From the NCBI GenBank assembly GCA_964016885.1, contig OZ024741.1, positions 86,614,001-86,678,000 on the forward strand: 64,000 nucleotides of DNA, read 5' to 3'. Below the pieces are notes generated by a model, which saw only the letters and a list, made by a program, of their open reading frames with translations, was not told the DNA's origin and ran no database searches. This document shows, in pieces, positions 41,560 to 55,759 of the stretch. The translations under genes and the position numbers were made by a program. The stretch comes from Eledone cirrhosa. Lineage: Eukaryota. Position 1 is the first letter of the stretch, and the number at the start of each line of letters is the position of its first letter.

Positions 41560-42050
41560 AACTGTAGTAGGATTTAACAAGAATGGGGTGGAAATGATCT
41601 TGGATAGAGTTGGTACAGTGATGAAAAATAGATATGACTGGTGTCCTGTGAAATTAAGAGGGTGATATGAGGTAAAGAGGCGAATTGGGGTAACTAGTTC
41701 CCTAAATTTCTTCCAGCCTGTTTTAACTATAGCTATTATATTTTTGAGAAACTACCCCAACTGTTGATTAAGCCACTTAGATAACAAAAGCTGCCAGCAA
41801 CTTCTAGGAATTACCTGAGCAATTAAGGAAATCTGTTTCCCTAGTGCTCTAGGTGCTTATTTCTCCTGTACCTCTGCCACACAAACTCTATCCTCCTTGT
41901 TAATCTGCCTGTGATCATACTACATCTCTTGGGTATCCATAGATCGCACTGTGTGCACTTTATGGAATTTCTGCCAACTCCTTTTCGATATATTGAATAA
42001 GGCCATTTCCACAAATGGTATTAACGTCCTGCCTTCTTTCCAAAAATACT
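41560..42050 (-). mobile_element. Highly decayed RTE fragment
   Basis: GWKKFREL and W-x-x-KRCS-like remnants on the minus strand. Confidence 0.6.
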
Positions 42051-42056
42051 GCACCC

Positions 42057-42160
42057 GAGGGCATCCAGCTGTAGAAATCAAACCAGAATCAGTTCCCGTC
42101 CCACCCTTGCAAGCAGGGAAAAGCAGACGTAAAATGATGATGATGATGATGATGATGATG
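42057..42160 (+). mobile_element. 3' end of the RTE-tailed SINE
   Basis: Matches the reverse complement of 45739-45835; (GAT)n tail. Confidence 0.8.
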
Positions 42161-42799
42161 AATGGCCTTTACTGGAGTAGGTTGTACAGAAACTGTTACA
42201 AAATAGCCTGCTCTTTGATTTTTCATCTCAGCAACATTGAATGATAATGTTTGTTTTGTACTTTGCATTTATGCTGTTGGATGTAAATAAGTTCAGTGGA
42301 GCTTTATAATTCACAAATTAAGTAACTCTCTATTGATACCAATTTAAAAAGAATCGTTAGTAATTTCATTTACTAAAAAATTTGAAAGAATAATTATGTA
42401 TCTAGGATCAATGTGGCTGATCTTTCAACTTACCTTAGTGTCAATAATAGTTATCTTGGAATCAAAGTTGAAAGTATCTACTTAGAAAACAAAGAAATAA
42501 TTTTCCTGGGTGAGTTTCAAAAACTTAAATTAAAGTCAGCAATTTTAGAGTTTTTTTTAACCCTTTTGATATCATATTTCTAATGAAATATATTGCCTAT
42601 ATTTCAAATAATAATGGGGGAAGTGATCTGGCTCCAGACAGTTGTTACTAAACAATAGATCACACACAGAATGTACGTGCAGCTAGACACAAATAGATGA
42701 AGGAAGAGTACACTACACTGATTGAATGCCACGAAAGAGAAAAATGGAGTAAGACGACACTGTGGACTTTTGGATAGAAAAGAGCATGTTTGAGATGTA

Positions 42800-44133
42800 A
42801 TCATCATCATCATCACCGTTTTACGTCCGTTCTTCCACGCTAGCATGGGTTAGACAGGTTGTCCTGTTGTGGGCAGTGTCTGGTTGGCTGATCATGCCTT
42901 GCTCATACAGGAACTGATTTGGCTTGATTTCTACAGCTGGATGCCCTTCCTAACACCAACCTCATTTACAGTGAGTGCTGGGTGCTTTTTCGTGGCGCCT
43001 ACACGTCCACTTTACAGTGTGGGCTGGGTGCTATTTTGCCGTGGCACCTCCACGACCACCTTGCATTGGGAGGGTGTGGGGGCATATTGTCTATATGCTT
43101 CAGCTTGTACCCATGGGAGGTCGGGTACTCTGTATTACTGCGTGACGCCAGAGGTCACGGTCGTGTTTCATCGCCTTGGAGAGGTGTAATTGGGTAAGGT
43201 CGACTTTTATCACCTCATCCCAGGTCATCTTGAGTCTCCCCACTCCGCGGTCTCCATCGACTTCTAGTGCTCTGCACCTTTTTATGGAGCTGTCATCCTT
43301 CATACGCATCACATGTCCATACCAACGCAACCACCTCTCCTGCAAACAGCATTTGATTTCTCTTATGCTCAGTCTCTCTCTCAATTCATTTATGCTTTGT
43401 TGGTCGCGTATATTACTATTACACATCCATCGGAGCATGCAGGCTTCGTTTCTTTCTAATCTACGTAAGTCTTCCACCTTCAGTGCCCACGTCTCACTAC
43501 CATGTAACATTGCTGTTTGGATACACGCATCATACAGTCTGCCTTTCATTTTGAGGGAGAATCCTTTTGCAGCTAGCAGTGGCAGTAGTTCCCTGAACTT
43601 CTTCCATCCCGTTCTTACCCTAGTTATTGTACTTTCTGAACACCTACCTCCGCTGCTAATTCGGTCACCTAGGTAGCAGAAGCTGTCTACTGTCTCTACA
43701 GAGCCCTCCCAGAGATTGGTGGTACTTGTTTCCTGTGGCTGTTTGCTGCTTGCTGTCCCAGTACAGCTGCTGCATGTGAAGCCTACATTCTTAATTAAGC
43801 TTCCTGAGATCCCGCTACATCTCTTGTGTACCCATTGTTTGCATTTGGGGAAGAGAATGGAGTTCCTACCTACACCTTTCCTACATACTGAGCAAGGCCA
43901 TTTCCCTGAGGGGATCTGGGTTCTGTTTTCTCGTCTACTTACAAGGACCTTAGTCTTTGAGACCCTTTCTTTCTAGTCCCTGCTTCCAAGTTTGGAATTT
44001 CTTCTCTAGTTCTACCATAGATTCAGCTATAAGTGCGAGGTCATCAGCATACAGGAGTTCCCATGGGCATCTGGTCTTAAACTCCTCCGTTATTGCCTGC
44101 AGGACTATAATGAGCAGGAGAGGGCTAAGAACA
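42800..44133 (-). mobile_element. 5'-truncated RTE family B copy (older)
   Basis: Colinear with 994-2350, with more substitutions and a small deletion. Confidence 0.93.
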
Positions 44134-47100
44134 GTAAAAGTAAACTAATGAATCAAGTGAGGGTCATTAGGAGGAACGGCTTGTTATCTGAAATAGAAAT
44201 ATCTCGGATTAGTGAATGCTTAAAGGAAGATGAACAACAAAGAGGGGTTAGAGCAGAAGCTGAAGCCGTCTCTATGGTTGAAGCCAGAGAGAAAAATGGG
44301 CAGCAGGAGCAGGGAGATTGTGATGGAAATGCTAGGGCTGCTGAAGAGGAATGTTATCCATTGAACATTGGTTTGGCTGAGGATGAGAATGGTGATGAAA
44401 GAGGAAGGAGTCACTTGGATAATGTGTTGCTTGAGTTATGTAGATGGCTTATGGATTTGATGAATGCCCTAGAAGAAAGAATCCCAATGAATATGAGAAG
44501 AGTAGATAGGAGGATGATAAGTGAAATCTTCAAAAAAATAAATACTGCCATACAACACATCCAGAGAAAAGACATAACGCAAACTAAAAACCTCATCCTA
44601 GCTTGTAAAGGAGCAAATGTGACTGATGAACACTAAGCAGAGTAAGGCAAAAGAACCATGGTTGAAATGAGGCATTGAAAATGTCATAATGCGGTTAAGG
44701 CTGGATCTAAGTAAAATTGAGCAATGGTTTAGACGAAAGTGGAAAAATGGGGAAAGGGCTGATCAAGAAGCATTAGACAAGACATAAAATACAAAAGAGT
44801 GGATTCCATACTGTAGTTGAACAGCTAAAACAGAGAATTCTCTCAAAAAGCCAGAAGATAAGGAGATATTTAAATAGAAATAACCAGTTCGAGGAGAATA
44901 GATTGCACCATATAATGCAAAACAATTCTTCCGCACTTTGAAAGGACATAGTGGAAATGGGAAGGATGCTATCCCTAATGCTGATAAGGCTAAGGAGTTC
45001 AGGAATGGGATATGGGGATACTGTATGAGACAGAGAAAGGATGTCAAGTGGATAGACACCATCAAGATAGAGTTGCAAGGAGAAATATACAAAAAGAGAT
45101 TACCATAAGCACAGCTGATTTGAAGGATCAAGTAGCCAAGATACCAAACTGGAAAGCCCCCGAACCAGACGGGGTCCACAGCTTTTGGTTGAAGAGATGC
45201 AATGCAATACATGAAAAACTGGCAACACAATTGAATGTTTGTATCCAGAGAGTTGCAGTCCCCACCTGAATGGTTACAGAGAGAACAATGCTTGTGATAA
45301 AATATAGAAGGGGAATGCTGTGGGAAACTACCGCCCTATAGCATGCCTAAACATATGGAAGGTTCTCTCTGGGATATTTGCGGGGAAAATATATGCTTTT
45401 CTGTCACAGGAAGGAATACTACCAAGGAAACAAAAAGGATGTAAGAAGAGGTCCCAGGGTACTAAGGATCAACTGGTTATTGATAAGACAGTTTTGAGGC
45501 ATTGTAAGAAACATCACACAGACATGTCTATGGCTTGGATTGACTTTAAGAAGGCATATGATATGGTGCTCAATTCTTGGATTGGTGAATGCCTGTAGAT
45601 GTTTGGTATTGCTGACAACATCACAAAGTTTATACTAAATAGTATGCCAGAGTGCAAAATCAAAGAAATTAAAAGAGGTATCTTCCAAAGGGACTCATTC
45701 TCAGTTAATATTTGTTATAGCACTGATACCTATAATACTCATCATCATCATCATTTTACGTCCGCTTTTCCCTGCTTGCAAGGGTGGGACGGGAACTGAT
45801 TCTGGCTTGATTTCTACAGCTGGATGCCCTTCCTAACACCAACCTCATTTACAGTGAGTGCTGGGTGCTTTTTTGCCGTGGCACCTCCACGACCACTTTG
45901 CAGTGGAATGATAGGGACCCAAGTCCCTATCATCTCATTTCTACAGCTGAGTAAACTGGAGCAATGTAAATAAAGTGTCTTGCTCAAGGAAACAACACAT
46001 CGCCCGGTCTGAGAATTGAACTCACAACCTTTCGATTGCAAGGCCAACGCTCTAACGTCTAAGCCATGTGCCTCCATCTGCATGTGCCTCACACTCAGAA
46101 AAATAAAACTGGACGACCAATGTGGAAATCAAATAAACCACCTTCTGTTTATGGATGACCTGAAACTGTTTGGGAAGCCTGAAAACCAAATAGACTCATT
46201 GGTTAAAACAGTCCAGATATATAGCAATGACATCGGTATGGAATTTGGGATTTCCAAATACTCTGTACTCATCATGAAAAGAGGGAAAGAAGCTGCCTGT
46301 AGTGAATTACGATTGCCATCAGGAGAAACCATGGGAGAATCAGAAGATAATGGCTATAAATATTTAGGGATTTTAGAACTAGATGATATTTTGCACACAG
46401 AAATAAAAGAAAAGTTTAGAGGGATATATTTAAAAAGAGTAAAAATGATTTTAAAATTCAACTTGAATGCAAGAAATCTGGTCACTGCAATGAATATCTG
46501 GGTAGTTGCAGTGGTTAGATATAGTGCGTCCATTCTCAGTTGGACTAAAGAAATATCAATATTAGATAGAAAAACAAGAAAATTAATGACATTATATGGT
46601 GCTTTACACTCTAAAGCAAATATTAATAGATTATACATGAAGAGAAAGAATAAGGGCAGGGGCTTCATCATTGTGGATCAATGTATAAGGAGTGAAAGAA
46701 GGCTTGCAGATTATTTGGTAAACAGTGACAAAGAGTTGTTGCAATATGTAGCAAGTATAAGTACAGTAGTTGGCAAGAAAGCGTTTAACCAAAGAACAGA
46801 AGAGAAAAGAAAAGATCTTCTAGGAATGAGAATGCATGGTCAGTTTGAAAGAAATACATGGGATATCAAGAAAAAGACAACATCATGGACATGGCTTAAG
46901 CAAGGCAATTTGAAACATGCCACTAAAAGCCTTATTGTTACAGCACAAGACCAAACTCTTGCTCCCAATCAGGTGAAATATAACATCTACAAAACTTCTG
47001 ACACCCAGAAATCCAGGCTCAGTGGAAAGAATGTAGGAAATGTGGCCCACTTAGTATATGGATGTGAGAACCTTGCACTGCTATGATAAAGTCTATGTTT

Positions 47101-47611
47101 ACCTTCATTGGCTTCTGTGTCGTAAATACCAATATGAAGTCATACAGAATTGATATGAGCATGTGCCTTGTAAAGTAATGCAAAAATATGGGAAAGCAAC
47201 GATATTCTGGGATTATGATTTTCAAACTAATAGAATAATTAAGCATTGCTGACGGGACACTGTTGTATTGAACAAGAAAGACAAATACTGTCAGATCATA
47301 GATGTGGCCATACCAAATGACAGGAATATTGAGAGTAAGGAGGTTGAAAAAAATCACCAAGTACTCTGAATTGAAAGTGGAGTTGGCGACTATTTGGAAT
47401 ACAAGAAGATAATGTGAAAGTGACACCAGTTGTGATCAGGGCATTAGGATCAATCCTATTGACACTTTAAGATCTTAAAGTGTCTGGGAATACCATAGAG
47501 GTTGAGTGTCATACAAAAGGTGGCTTTGCTAGGTACTGCACACATTTTGAGGAATACCCTGGTGCATTATCCATCTGCACTTCATGACAGAGCAATAATA
47601 ATAATAATAAT
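44134..47611 (+). mobile_element. Decayed R4/Dong-like non-LTR retrotransposon (RT + restriction-like endonuclease)
   Basis: [57 protein letters not shown], degraded CCHC, IIDVAIP; (TAA)n 3' end. Confidence 0.85.
45739..46075 (-). mobile_element. tRNA-derived CORE-like SINE with RTE-B-derived tail, inserted in the R4-like element
   Basis: A box TGGCTTAGACG, B box GAGTTCAATTC, CCTTGAGCAAGACACTTTA core, ~100 nt shared with the RTE-B 3' UTR, and a (TGA)n tail. Confidence 0.85.
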
Positions 47612-49239
47612 GAGCATGAACAAAGTATCAATATAAAATCTTAATGTTTATTCACATGTAAATAAACATAATGGTGTTATATTGATACTTCACACGTGCA
47701 CACACACACACACATATATATATGGGCCTGTAACTCCTGATTGAGGCCTATAGGGTGCCATTGTAACATGGCATACTTTGGTTATTTTAAACCTGATGGA
47801 GCTCATCTGCTCTCCAGGTCTGAACACAGCCAATCTTTTCTAGAAAAGGAGAGTGACAGAGAGGAAGTGAGAAAGAGATTTAGAAGAAGAATCAACTCCA
47901 ATACTTGACTAGTACTTTTTTATTGACCTCTTTCTCACTTTTTCTTCATTCGAAGAAATTAGCTGTCGTCAGACCTGAAGAAATACTGTATACTATGACA
48001 CCATCAGGATTTATGGGTCCATACATCTAATACATATGGCAGTTGCAATTCTTGGCAGAAGAAGCAATGTAAAATAAAGTATTTCGTTCAAGAACACAAT
48101 GCACTGCCTGGTCCAGGAATGAAACCCATGACTGTATAATCACGAGTCCAACGTCCAAACCACATGCCTTCACTTGGCAGTTAAGGAATGTTTCAATCAT
48201 CCCATTGACACAAATGGACTAATACACAAACATTTGCTTAAGGACAATTACAAACTATCTATTAGGAAAGGTAGAGACATGCTCAAGAAAATAACAATAT
48301 TAGAATATATTATTATAAGGGAATTCTCACATAACATTTGTTAATGTTGAACATTGTTTTTGACCTTGAACACTTCTATGCTAGTACTCCAAGGTGTACT
48401 TAACACTTGTTTTAAGAAATGAAATTCTCAATGTATGTCTTAAACCATAAACAATAAAAACCAATATAATAAGCTAAATCCACATACACAGGCTGCTTTA
48501 AAAAATGATCTAGGTTCTTCAAAAACAACATGTTAAAAATAACCTCCTCAAATTCTACAGAAATATAGGAGAAAGTATAATTAAGGTAAAAGATGCACTC
48601 ACATAATAAGAAATACATGACCTAATGAAAAAGAGCACGACTCTAATGTCTCGTGGATTAACCAACAAAAACAAGACACAGAACATATAAAAGAATAGAA
48701 ACACATATAGAGTATGTGAAATTTACTTGGAACGAAATCCACTAAATTGAAATCTGGAAAGGATAAAATTTTAAACTTTTGGCTGAATGTCTTGACAAAT
48801 TCTCAAAAGTTAACTTTCTTTTACAATTTTATAATAAAAAAAAGTACATATGACTCCTGAGTAGCTAGTTAATGGCAACACCTTTTTGCTCCCTAAACAT
48901 GAATCCAAAATTCCCTCAAAATTATAGACCTATAACATACCTGACAAAGTCCTCACATCAGTTCTGACAACGCACTTACACTTTCCTTATCAACAATAAT
49001 TGTTTTCTTTATGAACAAAAACGATGTGTTTCATGCAAAATAATCCCTGATGATTGTCACAAAATGCACAAGAATCTCTGAAAAGCATGGATAGACTATA
49101 AAAATACCTTTCGTAGTCTTCCTTGCAGTTGGATTGAAGGCTGCCTTGCAATATTCACCCCCCCCCCCCCGTAAATGTCATGAAGACAACATAAATTCTT
49201 AACACAAACATCACTGTCATTTAACTCTGGAGATGTCAA

Positions 49240-49860
49240 TATTGAATGTGAGGTCTTCCAAGGAGACACACTAACCCCTCTATTGTTCTTCTTGACACTG
49301 ATTCCTCTAAGCAAATTACTAAATGAAACTGGATACGGATAGAAGACTTATGAAACTAACACAATCAACTTTTCTATATCGAGGATTTGAAACTTTCTGC
49401 AAAAAAACGATCAACATATACAATGACTCCTTCAGACTGTAAAACAATTTAGTGATGGCATTAAAATGGAATTTAGGCTTGATAAATGTACCAAGGCTAC
49501 ATTTATCAAATGGAAATTATTAGTCACCAACAATATTATATTAGATAACAATATCTCAATAAAAGAATTAGACCAGAGGACAGTTATAAGTATTTGGTCT
49601 ATGTGAAGGAGTCGGTATCAAACATTCACTGATAAGAGAAAGATAATAAAAGAATGTTATCAAAGAGTTAGAGCCATTCTGAACAGTGAATTAAATGCCA
49701 GAAACAAAATAGAAGCCATTAATACAATATCTATATCTGTAGTAAAAACTTCAACATTACTAACTGAGCACTATTAGAAATGAGCAAAATTGATGTAAAA
49801 ATCTGAAAGCTACTAACAATGCACCGTGTGCATCACCCATATGTAAATACAAGGATCTTG
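49240..49860 (+). mobile_element. Decayed R4/Dong-like RT fragment
   Basis: FYIEDLKL, IKMEFRLDKC, YKYL and ELNARNKIEAIN remnants. Confidence 0.7.
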
Positions 49861-50732
49861 AAATAAAATTAGCAGAATGTGGCATCTGAAAAAAAGTACA
49901 TTATCTGAAGTCATTGGGACACTTAGAGTGATATCCAAATGTGCAAACAAATATATAGTCCAAATTCCTGGCTGTCCTAAAATCAGTGAGTTGCAAAAAT
50001 CACTCATGAGTAGTTTGCACATCTTACACAAGTTTCTCTTCATGTAGACACACAAATTACACATACAAATATACATACACTTAAAGATATACACACACTC
50101 ATAGGTTGTAAACTGGAACTTCTGTATTATGTTACCAATCTTACAACTACATGGTGTATCACCTTTTAAAACTGATGAGCTTGCTGTCTCTGATTGAGAC
50201 TTGGGGGTAACTTGTACAAACAAAAGCAAGAGCAAAACATGATAATGATAATAATAATAATAATAATAATATAGTCAAAGTAGCTCAGTTCTTTTATTGA
50301 CCTTTTCTCAACATGAAATTAAGAAAGAAATAAAAATTGTAGGGGAAATTGACTAGATTCCATATTGTTTCATCATCATTTTACATTCGCTTTTTCATAG
50401 TGACATGGGTTTAAACTAAAAGCAACATAATTATAGTCAAAAGAATATGACCTAGACCAAGTACTGAATCACCTTAAACCATTCAAATATGCGGCACTTT
50501 ATATAATCATCATTATTTTATGTCCATTTTTCCATGCTGACATGAGTTAGAAATTTTAATTTAAATACAGTTTCTCTAGTCTTCAAAGTAGAAGATTTAT
50601 CTGGATAGCAAATATGTTTTTGCTGACTTTCTACTAAATTAAAGATGGCTATGCTAAAAAGGGATCACTAGAGATGATATATATATCTATGTAAGTGAAA
50701 ATCACAAAGCCTTTCATATAGCTAGTGATTCA

Positions 50733-50831
50733 TCAACCTTGTTTGATTGCTGGGCTGAGGTCAGCAAAATAACTGTGTTGCATGCCCTCTTCGGAAGAAA
50801 GTCGTTGTGATGGATTACATACCAACAGCCG
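50733..50831 (-). CDS. CDK5: Cyclin-dependent kinase 5, last coding exon
   Basis: ttttctttttcag|CGG...TGA encodes RLLVCNPSQRLSSEEGMQHSYFADLSPAIKQG*, matching the CDK5 C-terminus (LLxCNPxQRxSAEE..QHxYF). Confidence 0.9.
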   Translation of the reverse strand, partial: RLLVCNPSQRLSSEEGMQHSYFADLSPAIKQG

Positions 50832-52344
50832 CTGAAAAAGAAAAGGAAAAATTGCATATTCTATTATTATCATTATCAAATTTTTCATATAAAATACAAA
50901 AAAAAAATACAAATAATTATTTATTCTTTGTAACTAAATTCATGCTTGAATTCCAAATAGAATAAAATATGTTTCATAAGTCATCCTGTCGAAATATTGA
51001 GATCCATTCAATATTTTTTCTGAATTCTAAAACTAACTGTAACTACTTCCTTCTACAACTATAATTCCATTTACAGGAAACAGCTTTATCACTGTTTTAT
51101 GGCTATTTTCCACATATGCGTGGGTTCGAAAGGTTGTCATGCTGAGGTTAGATAAGCAGGTTAGATAACTGTGTTTTGCTTATATGCTCAACTTTGGCAT
51201 GGTTTCTATGGCTGAATGCTTTTCTTAATGCCAACCACTTCATGACGTGTAGCAGGTTTGTTTTCCTGTTGTCCCACAACTACTGCCTAACAGTGTAGAC
51301 TGAGTGCTCCTTTTTGAAACTCTAGCACTACCACTTTATAGTGTGGGCTGAGTGCATTTTATTATGACACAAGTAAAGAGAAAAATTAATTTCTAAATAA
51401 CAAATTACTTGAGACATTATTCCCATGCACTTGCAGACTGAATATCTGAAGTTAGATTTATGCATCAGAAACATAGGTAAATACACTAAACTCTCTAGTG
51501 GTGGTGCTATGATAAAATGCACCCAGTACACTCTGTAAAGTGGTTGGTGATAGAAAGGACATCCAGCCTTTGAAAATTTGACAAACAAAGGATCAAAGGG
51601 ACTCTTTAGTCAGGCTACAGACATAACCTCCTTGTGTTGGTGCACTCTGTAGAGTGCAGGAATCTGTTTAAGTGTGACATAGCTCTTGGCTTGTCTGAGA
51701 GGTCAGTAACTCTGATTAAATAATGACTTGGTCTGTGTCTAGCAGGAAAAAATGGATGTTAAATGATTATGATGAAAAGGATTTTTTGCTGTTCTCTGTT
51801 ATCATTTTATTCTATTGATATTCTATACCTGTCTTGTTTCTTTCATTTCTATCACAAAATTTGTTTTAATTCTTAAATTCTGCTCAATTTGCATTCTTTA
51901 GCTAAAGCTAATCTTTTCTGAATGGCAAGGAATCATAGTCTGGTGTTATCTTCAGCTTTCTTTGGAGAGAATACTAGGCTCAAAGTAAGATGTGAACTTG
52001 ATGCTACAAACAACAAATCACTTGCTGATTCCATGGAACTACTGCTATATACACCATTGAATTATGCTGGCCAGAGTGACAAGTTAGAAAAAAGTGGATC
52101 TGGCTATTAATAGGTAAATGACTTGACCATTGATATAATGCATTGCTAATGACAAGATACACACTGACAACAATTGAGATGGTTGTGGGATACCATGACA
52201 ATTCAGCCACCATGCTCTCCTTTCTTTATACACATTATTCACAATGATAACAAGCCTTAAATACTACTTAGATAAATAAAGATATATATTAAAAACATAT
52301 AAATAAAAACATTTGTTTTGATTAGATTATATTTGTATAAAAAC

Positions 52345-52832
52345 AGCAGCGAATTGGCAGTCATTAGAACATCAGATAGAATGCTTTTTGGTATTCTTTT
52401 GAGCTCTCTGCTCTCTCTGAGTTTAAATTCTATTGAGGCCTTTTGAGGTTGCTAAAAAAAAGTATCAGTCCTGTACTGGGGACAATTCTTCCTCTATATG
52501 TCTAGCTCACTCCCTCTCTCTCTCTCCTCTGTAAGAAATCAGTTGTGTTCGGACCTGGAAAGAAGATAGGCATCGCCAGGTTTTAAAGTGCCCAAGACAT
52601 GCTATATGTCATTATGGCACCCCTACGACTCCATCAGCTGATTTCTTCCAGAGAAGGAGAGAGGGAGATAGAAAGGAAGTGTGAAATAGATATAGAGGAA
52701 GAATCGACCTCAGTACAGGATAGGTACATTTTTTTTTATCGAGCGTGAAAGAATGAAGGGCAAAGTTGACCTTGGTCGGTTTTGAACTCAGAGCACAAAG
52801 CATCCTATCGACTCTGCCAACTTGCCACCTTG
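52345..52832. mobile_element. Two decayed Nin-type SINE fragments in opposite orientation
   Basis: TTGGCAG...CTGAGTTYAAA heads and a CTTTGCCCTTCAT...TCGATAAA domain, similar to 54595-54780. Confidence 0.55.
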
Positions 52833-53011
52833 AATAACAGTAAAAAACTGAAATATCAGGTTTAAATCTAAGTAATAGTATATGGCTTTTTTTAATGAGA
52901 ACATAAATACAAAATTACTATAGATTTCAAGGTAAGAACTAGAAAAACTAAAATATTGCTAAACTGATACAATAGAATATATAAGTTTTATGTTATAAAA
53001 TAGATGTTTAC

Positions 53012-53092
53012 CTGAAGTAAGTCACGACCTTTAGAATTAAGTTTTGGAACTACTTGTGGCCATGTTGTACTGACATGGTAAATTGGATATGA
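53012..53092 (-). CDS. CDK5: CDK5 internal exon (81 nt)
   Basis: ttccag|TCA...CAG|gtaaac encodes SYPIYHVSTTWPQVVPKLNSKGRDLLQ; phase-compatible with the flanking exons. Confidence 0.92.
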
Positions 53093-53160
53093 CTGGAATA
53101 AAAAGAAATTAAAACAAATAAGAACAAGAAACAAATTCTATTATATTATTCTGTTAATAT

Positions 53161-53373
53161 TTAACCCTTTATCATATAAATCAGCCATATCCGGCCAGAA
53201 TTCTCTGTCTTCTTCCTGTTCAAACCAACCATAACTAGCCACTCATTCTTATGTTAAAGTGTTGTTCTCAAAATCTCATAAATTAAATATTATGTGAGAT
53301 ATTATGTGAGATAAAGCCTTTACCGTGAAAATACAATAGTAAATATAGAGTAATGTAAATGTTAAAGGGTTAA
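53161..53373. mobile_element. piggyBac-type MITE
   Basis: TTAA|CCCTTT...AAAGGG|TTAA; homologous to 34481-34709. Confidence 0.82.
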
Positions 53374-53474
53374 TTTCTTTGAGTCTAGTCTAACAATTCT
53401 CAATTATTCTTTGTTTGATAGCCTTTTTCTTTAAAAATGCAATATTCTCTTTCAAAGAGATGGTTTCAGTCTTA

Positions 53475-53703
53475 TTAACCCTTTCATTAACATATGCCTG
53501 CAATTTTCAAAATAATCAAGAATTTACAGGATTTTAGTAATTTAGCTTTCTCATTAAGTTAATGTTTGGAACATAAATTAACAACGGCTCTAATATAAAA
53601 TTATTATGGAAGGTTTTTAGATAAATATAAACACTTTAAAACAAACAGTTTTGTATTGTTGAACGAAGGGTGTTTTTACATGGTTTGGTATCAAAATGGT
53701 TAA
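53475..53703. mobile_element. Second piggyBac-type MITE family (degenerate)
   Basis: TTAACCCTTTC...TCAAAATGGTTAA termini. Confidence 0.5.
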
Positions 53704-54344
53704 AGTAGCATTCAATTCTCACACAAAATGAAATTTATACTGTACTAGCACTATATACAGTATACATACTGTATTCACACACACACACACAGTATTTGTT
53801 GTTATTTATTGTATGAAGTTTACATATTCAACAGCCCCTTCAAAATCAAATAATTAATCAATTGCCACACTAAAACAATGAATTCCTTTCATGTATCATT
53901 AAGTGTTGATTGGACTATTTTAGATAAATTGACTCATGTTAACTTCCTGCAAATGTAACATCGATAACATCAATAGATTCCTAATATATATATATATCAT
54001 CAACAATGTTTAACAGCTATTATCCATGCTTGCATCAGTTAAACAAGCTATCACATTATGAGGCCAGACAGGTCAGGTGACCACATTTTGTTCATACACT
54101 CCATTTTCGGTTTGGTTTTCAATGGCTGCATGCCCTTCCTAATGCCAACCAGTTTACAAGGTAGACTGGATGCTTTTTATTATGGCACCAGTATGATCCT
54201 CCTACATGGTGGACTGGGTGCTTTTTGTCATGGCACCAGTATAACCACCTTACAGAGTAGACTGAGTGATTTTTGCCATGGCACCAGCACAACCTATTTA
54301 TAGGGTGGACTGGGTGCATATATATATATATATTTTTTTTTTCA

Positions 54345-55398
54345 GCTAAAATCATAGCTGCGACTCTGGGGATTTCCAACGAAAGAGTTGGCCACATCAT
54401 CCACAACATTCTGGACATGAGAAAGCTTTCTGCAAAATGAGTGCAGAAATGCCTGAATGCAGGTCAGAAGCACATCAGAGTGACAACATCAAAAGCGATT
54501 TTGGACTGGTTTACAGTGGGAGAGGCTGATTTTATGGTTTGTTTAGTCAACATGTCTGAAACTTGGCTTCATTATTATGATCTCCAGATCTCCAGGGCGG
54601 TGAATTGGCAGTATCGGTAGAGGGTCAGACATGCTTTCCAGCGTAGTTACGTCCCTTTACGGTCTGAGTTCAAATCCCGCCAAGGTTAACTTTGCCTTTC
54701 ATCCTTACGGGGTCGATAAAATAAAGTACCAGTAATGTACTGGGTAATTGCTGGCCTTATGCCAAAAGTAGAAACAATTATTATGATCTCCAGACCAAGC
54801 AATAATCAATGGAGTGGTGCCACAGCAGTTCCCTGTGTCCTAAGAAGTTGCGGACCCAGAAGTCAGCTGGAAATATTCTATCCTCAGTCTTCTGGAACAA
54901 AGATGGAATACTCCTCATAAAATACCTGCCAAAGGATTGCATCAACATCGCAGAATACTACATGTCCCTGCTGGACAAACTGCTTGGATCTTTGAAGCAG
55001 AAACGCAGTGGAAAGCTGAGCTATAGTGTCCTATTTTTGCAGGAGAATGCACCAGCACATGAAACTCTAGGGAAAATATGCAACTTTGGCTTTGAATTGG
55101 TAGACCACCCCTTCCTCTCCTGATTTGGCCCCATTTGACTATCACCTCTTTCCACAACTGAATAAACATCTCAAAGGAATGAAATTTTACTCCAATTTGG
55201 AAATGTTCGCTGCTATAAGGTCCTGGTTGGAGGCCCATCCTTTTGAATTCTATTAATAGGACTTAGAAAAACTGAAGAACCACTGCGATAAGTGTGTGAA
55301 CCTGAGAGGGGAATATGTTGAATAAAATCATAATTAACTGATCCTTCTGTATTTTCTTTTACCCAAAATCAGGAACTTTTCAGCACCCCCTTGTGTAT
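54345..55398 (+). mobile_element. Decayed mariner transposon
   Basis: IAATLGIS.ERV..I, MRKLSAK*V, ETWLHYYD, VFWNKDG, QENAPAH, SPDLAPFDYHLF; TIR-like end followed by TA. Confidence 0.88.
54595..54780 (+). mobile_element. tRNA-derived Nin-domain SINE inserted in the mariner
   Basis: B box GAGTTCAAATC; GCCTTTCATCCTTACGGGGTCGATAAA..AGTACC; flanked by duplicated ATTATTATGATCTCCAGA. Confidence 0.78.
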
Positions 55399-55759
55399 AC
55401 ATATATTTATTCCTTCCCTCTCCCTCTTCTTCTCTTTGGTCAAATTGGTCCCTGATATAAAAGCAGATGGTCATAGATGAAATGCCTTTCATTATAGGTC
55501 TGTTCTATTAAGGCTAACCAGGGATCAACAACAACTATAAAAGCAATCTTCCTGGTTAGTGAGATAGTCAATAGTTCACATTTACTTCATATTCTTTATA
55601 TCAAAATATTCTTTGTAAATATCAACCAATCTTTCCTACCAGCAAACTATAAACACAATCAGTGTTCTATCTCACTTTCTCTACCATCGTTACTTTTAGT
55701 TTCAAAGGTAGACTTTCCTCCCTCTCTGTCAACTAGTCTCTCCAGCTCTTTCTCTCTCT

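Noticed and set aside
46005-46075. tRNA gene
   Set aside because: It is a SINE head with A/B boxes but no complete cloverleaf.
48727-48753. Possible 27-nt minus-strand exon
   Set aside because: It lies downstream of the CDK5 stop and is too short to support.
50823-50831. Apparent 9-nt microexon (cag|CGGCTGTTG|gtatgt)
   Set aside because: GTATGT encodes Val-Cys within the CDK5 last exon.
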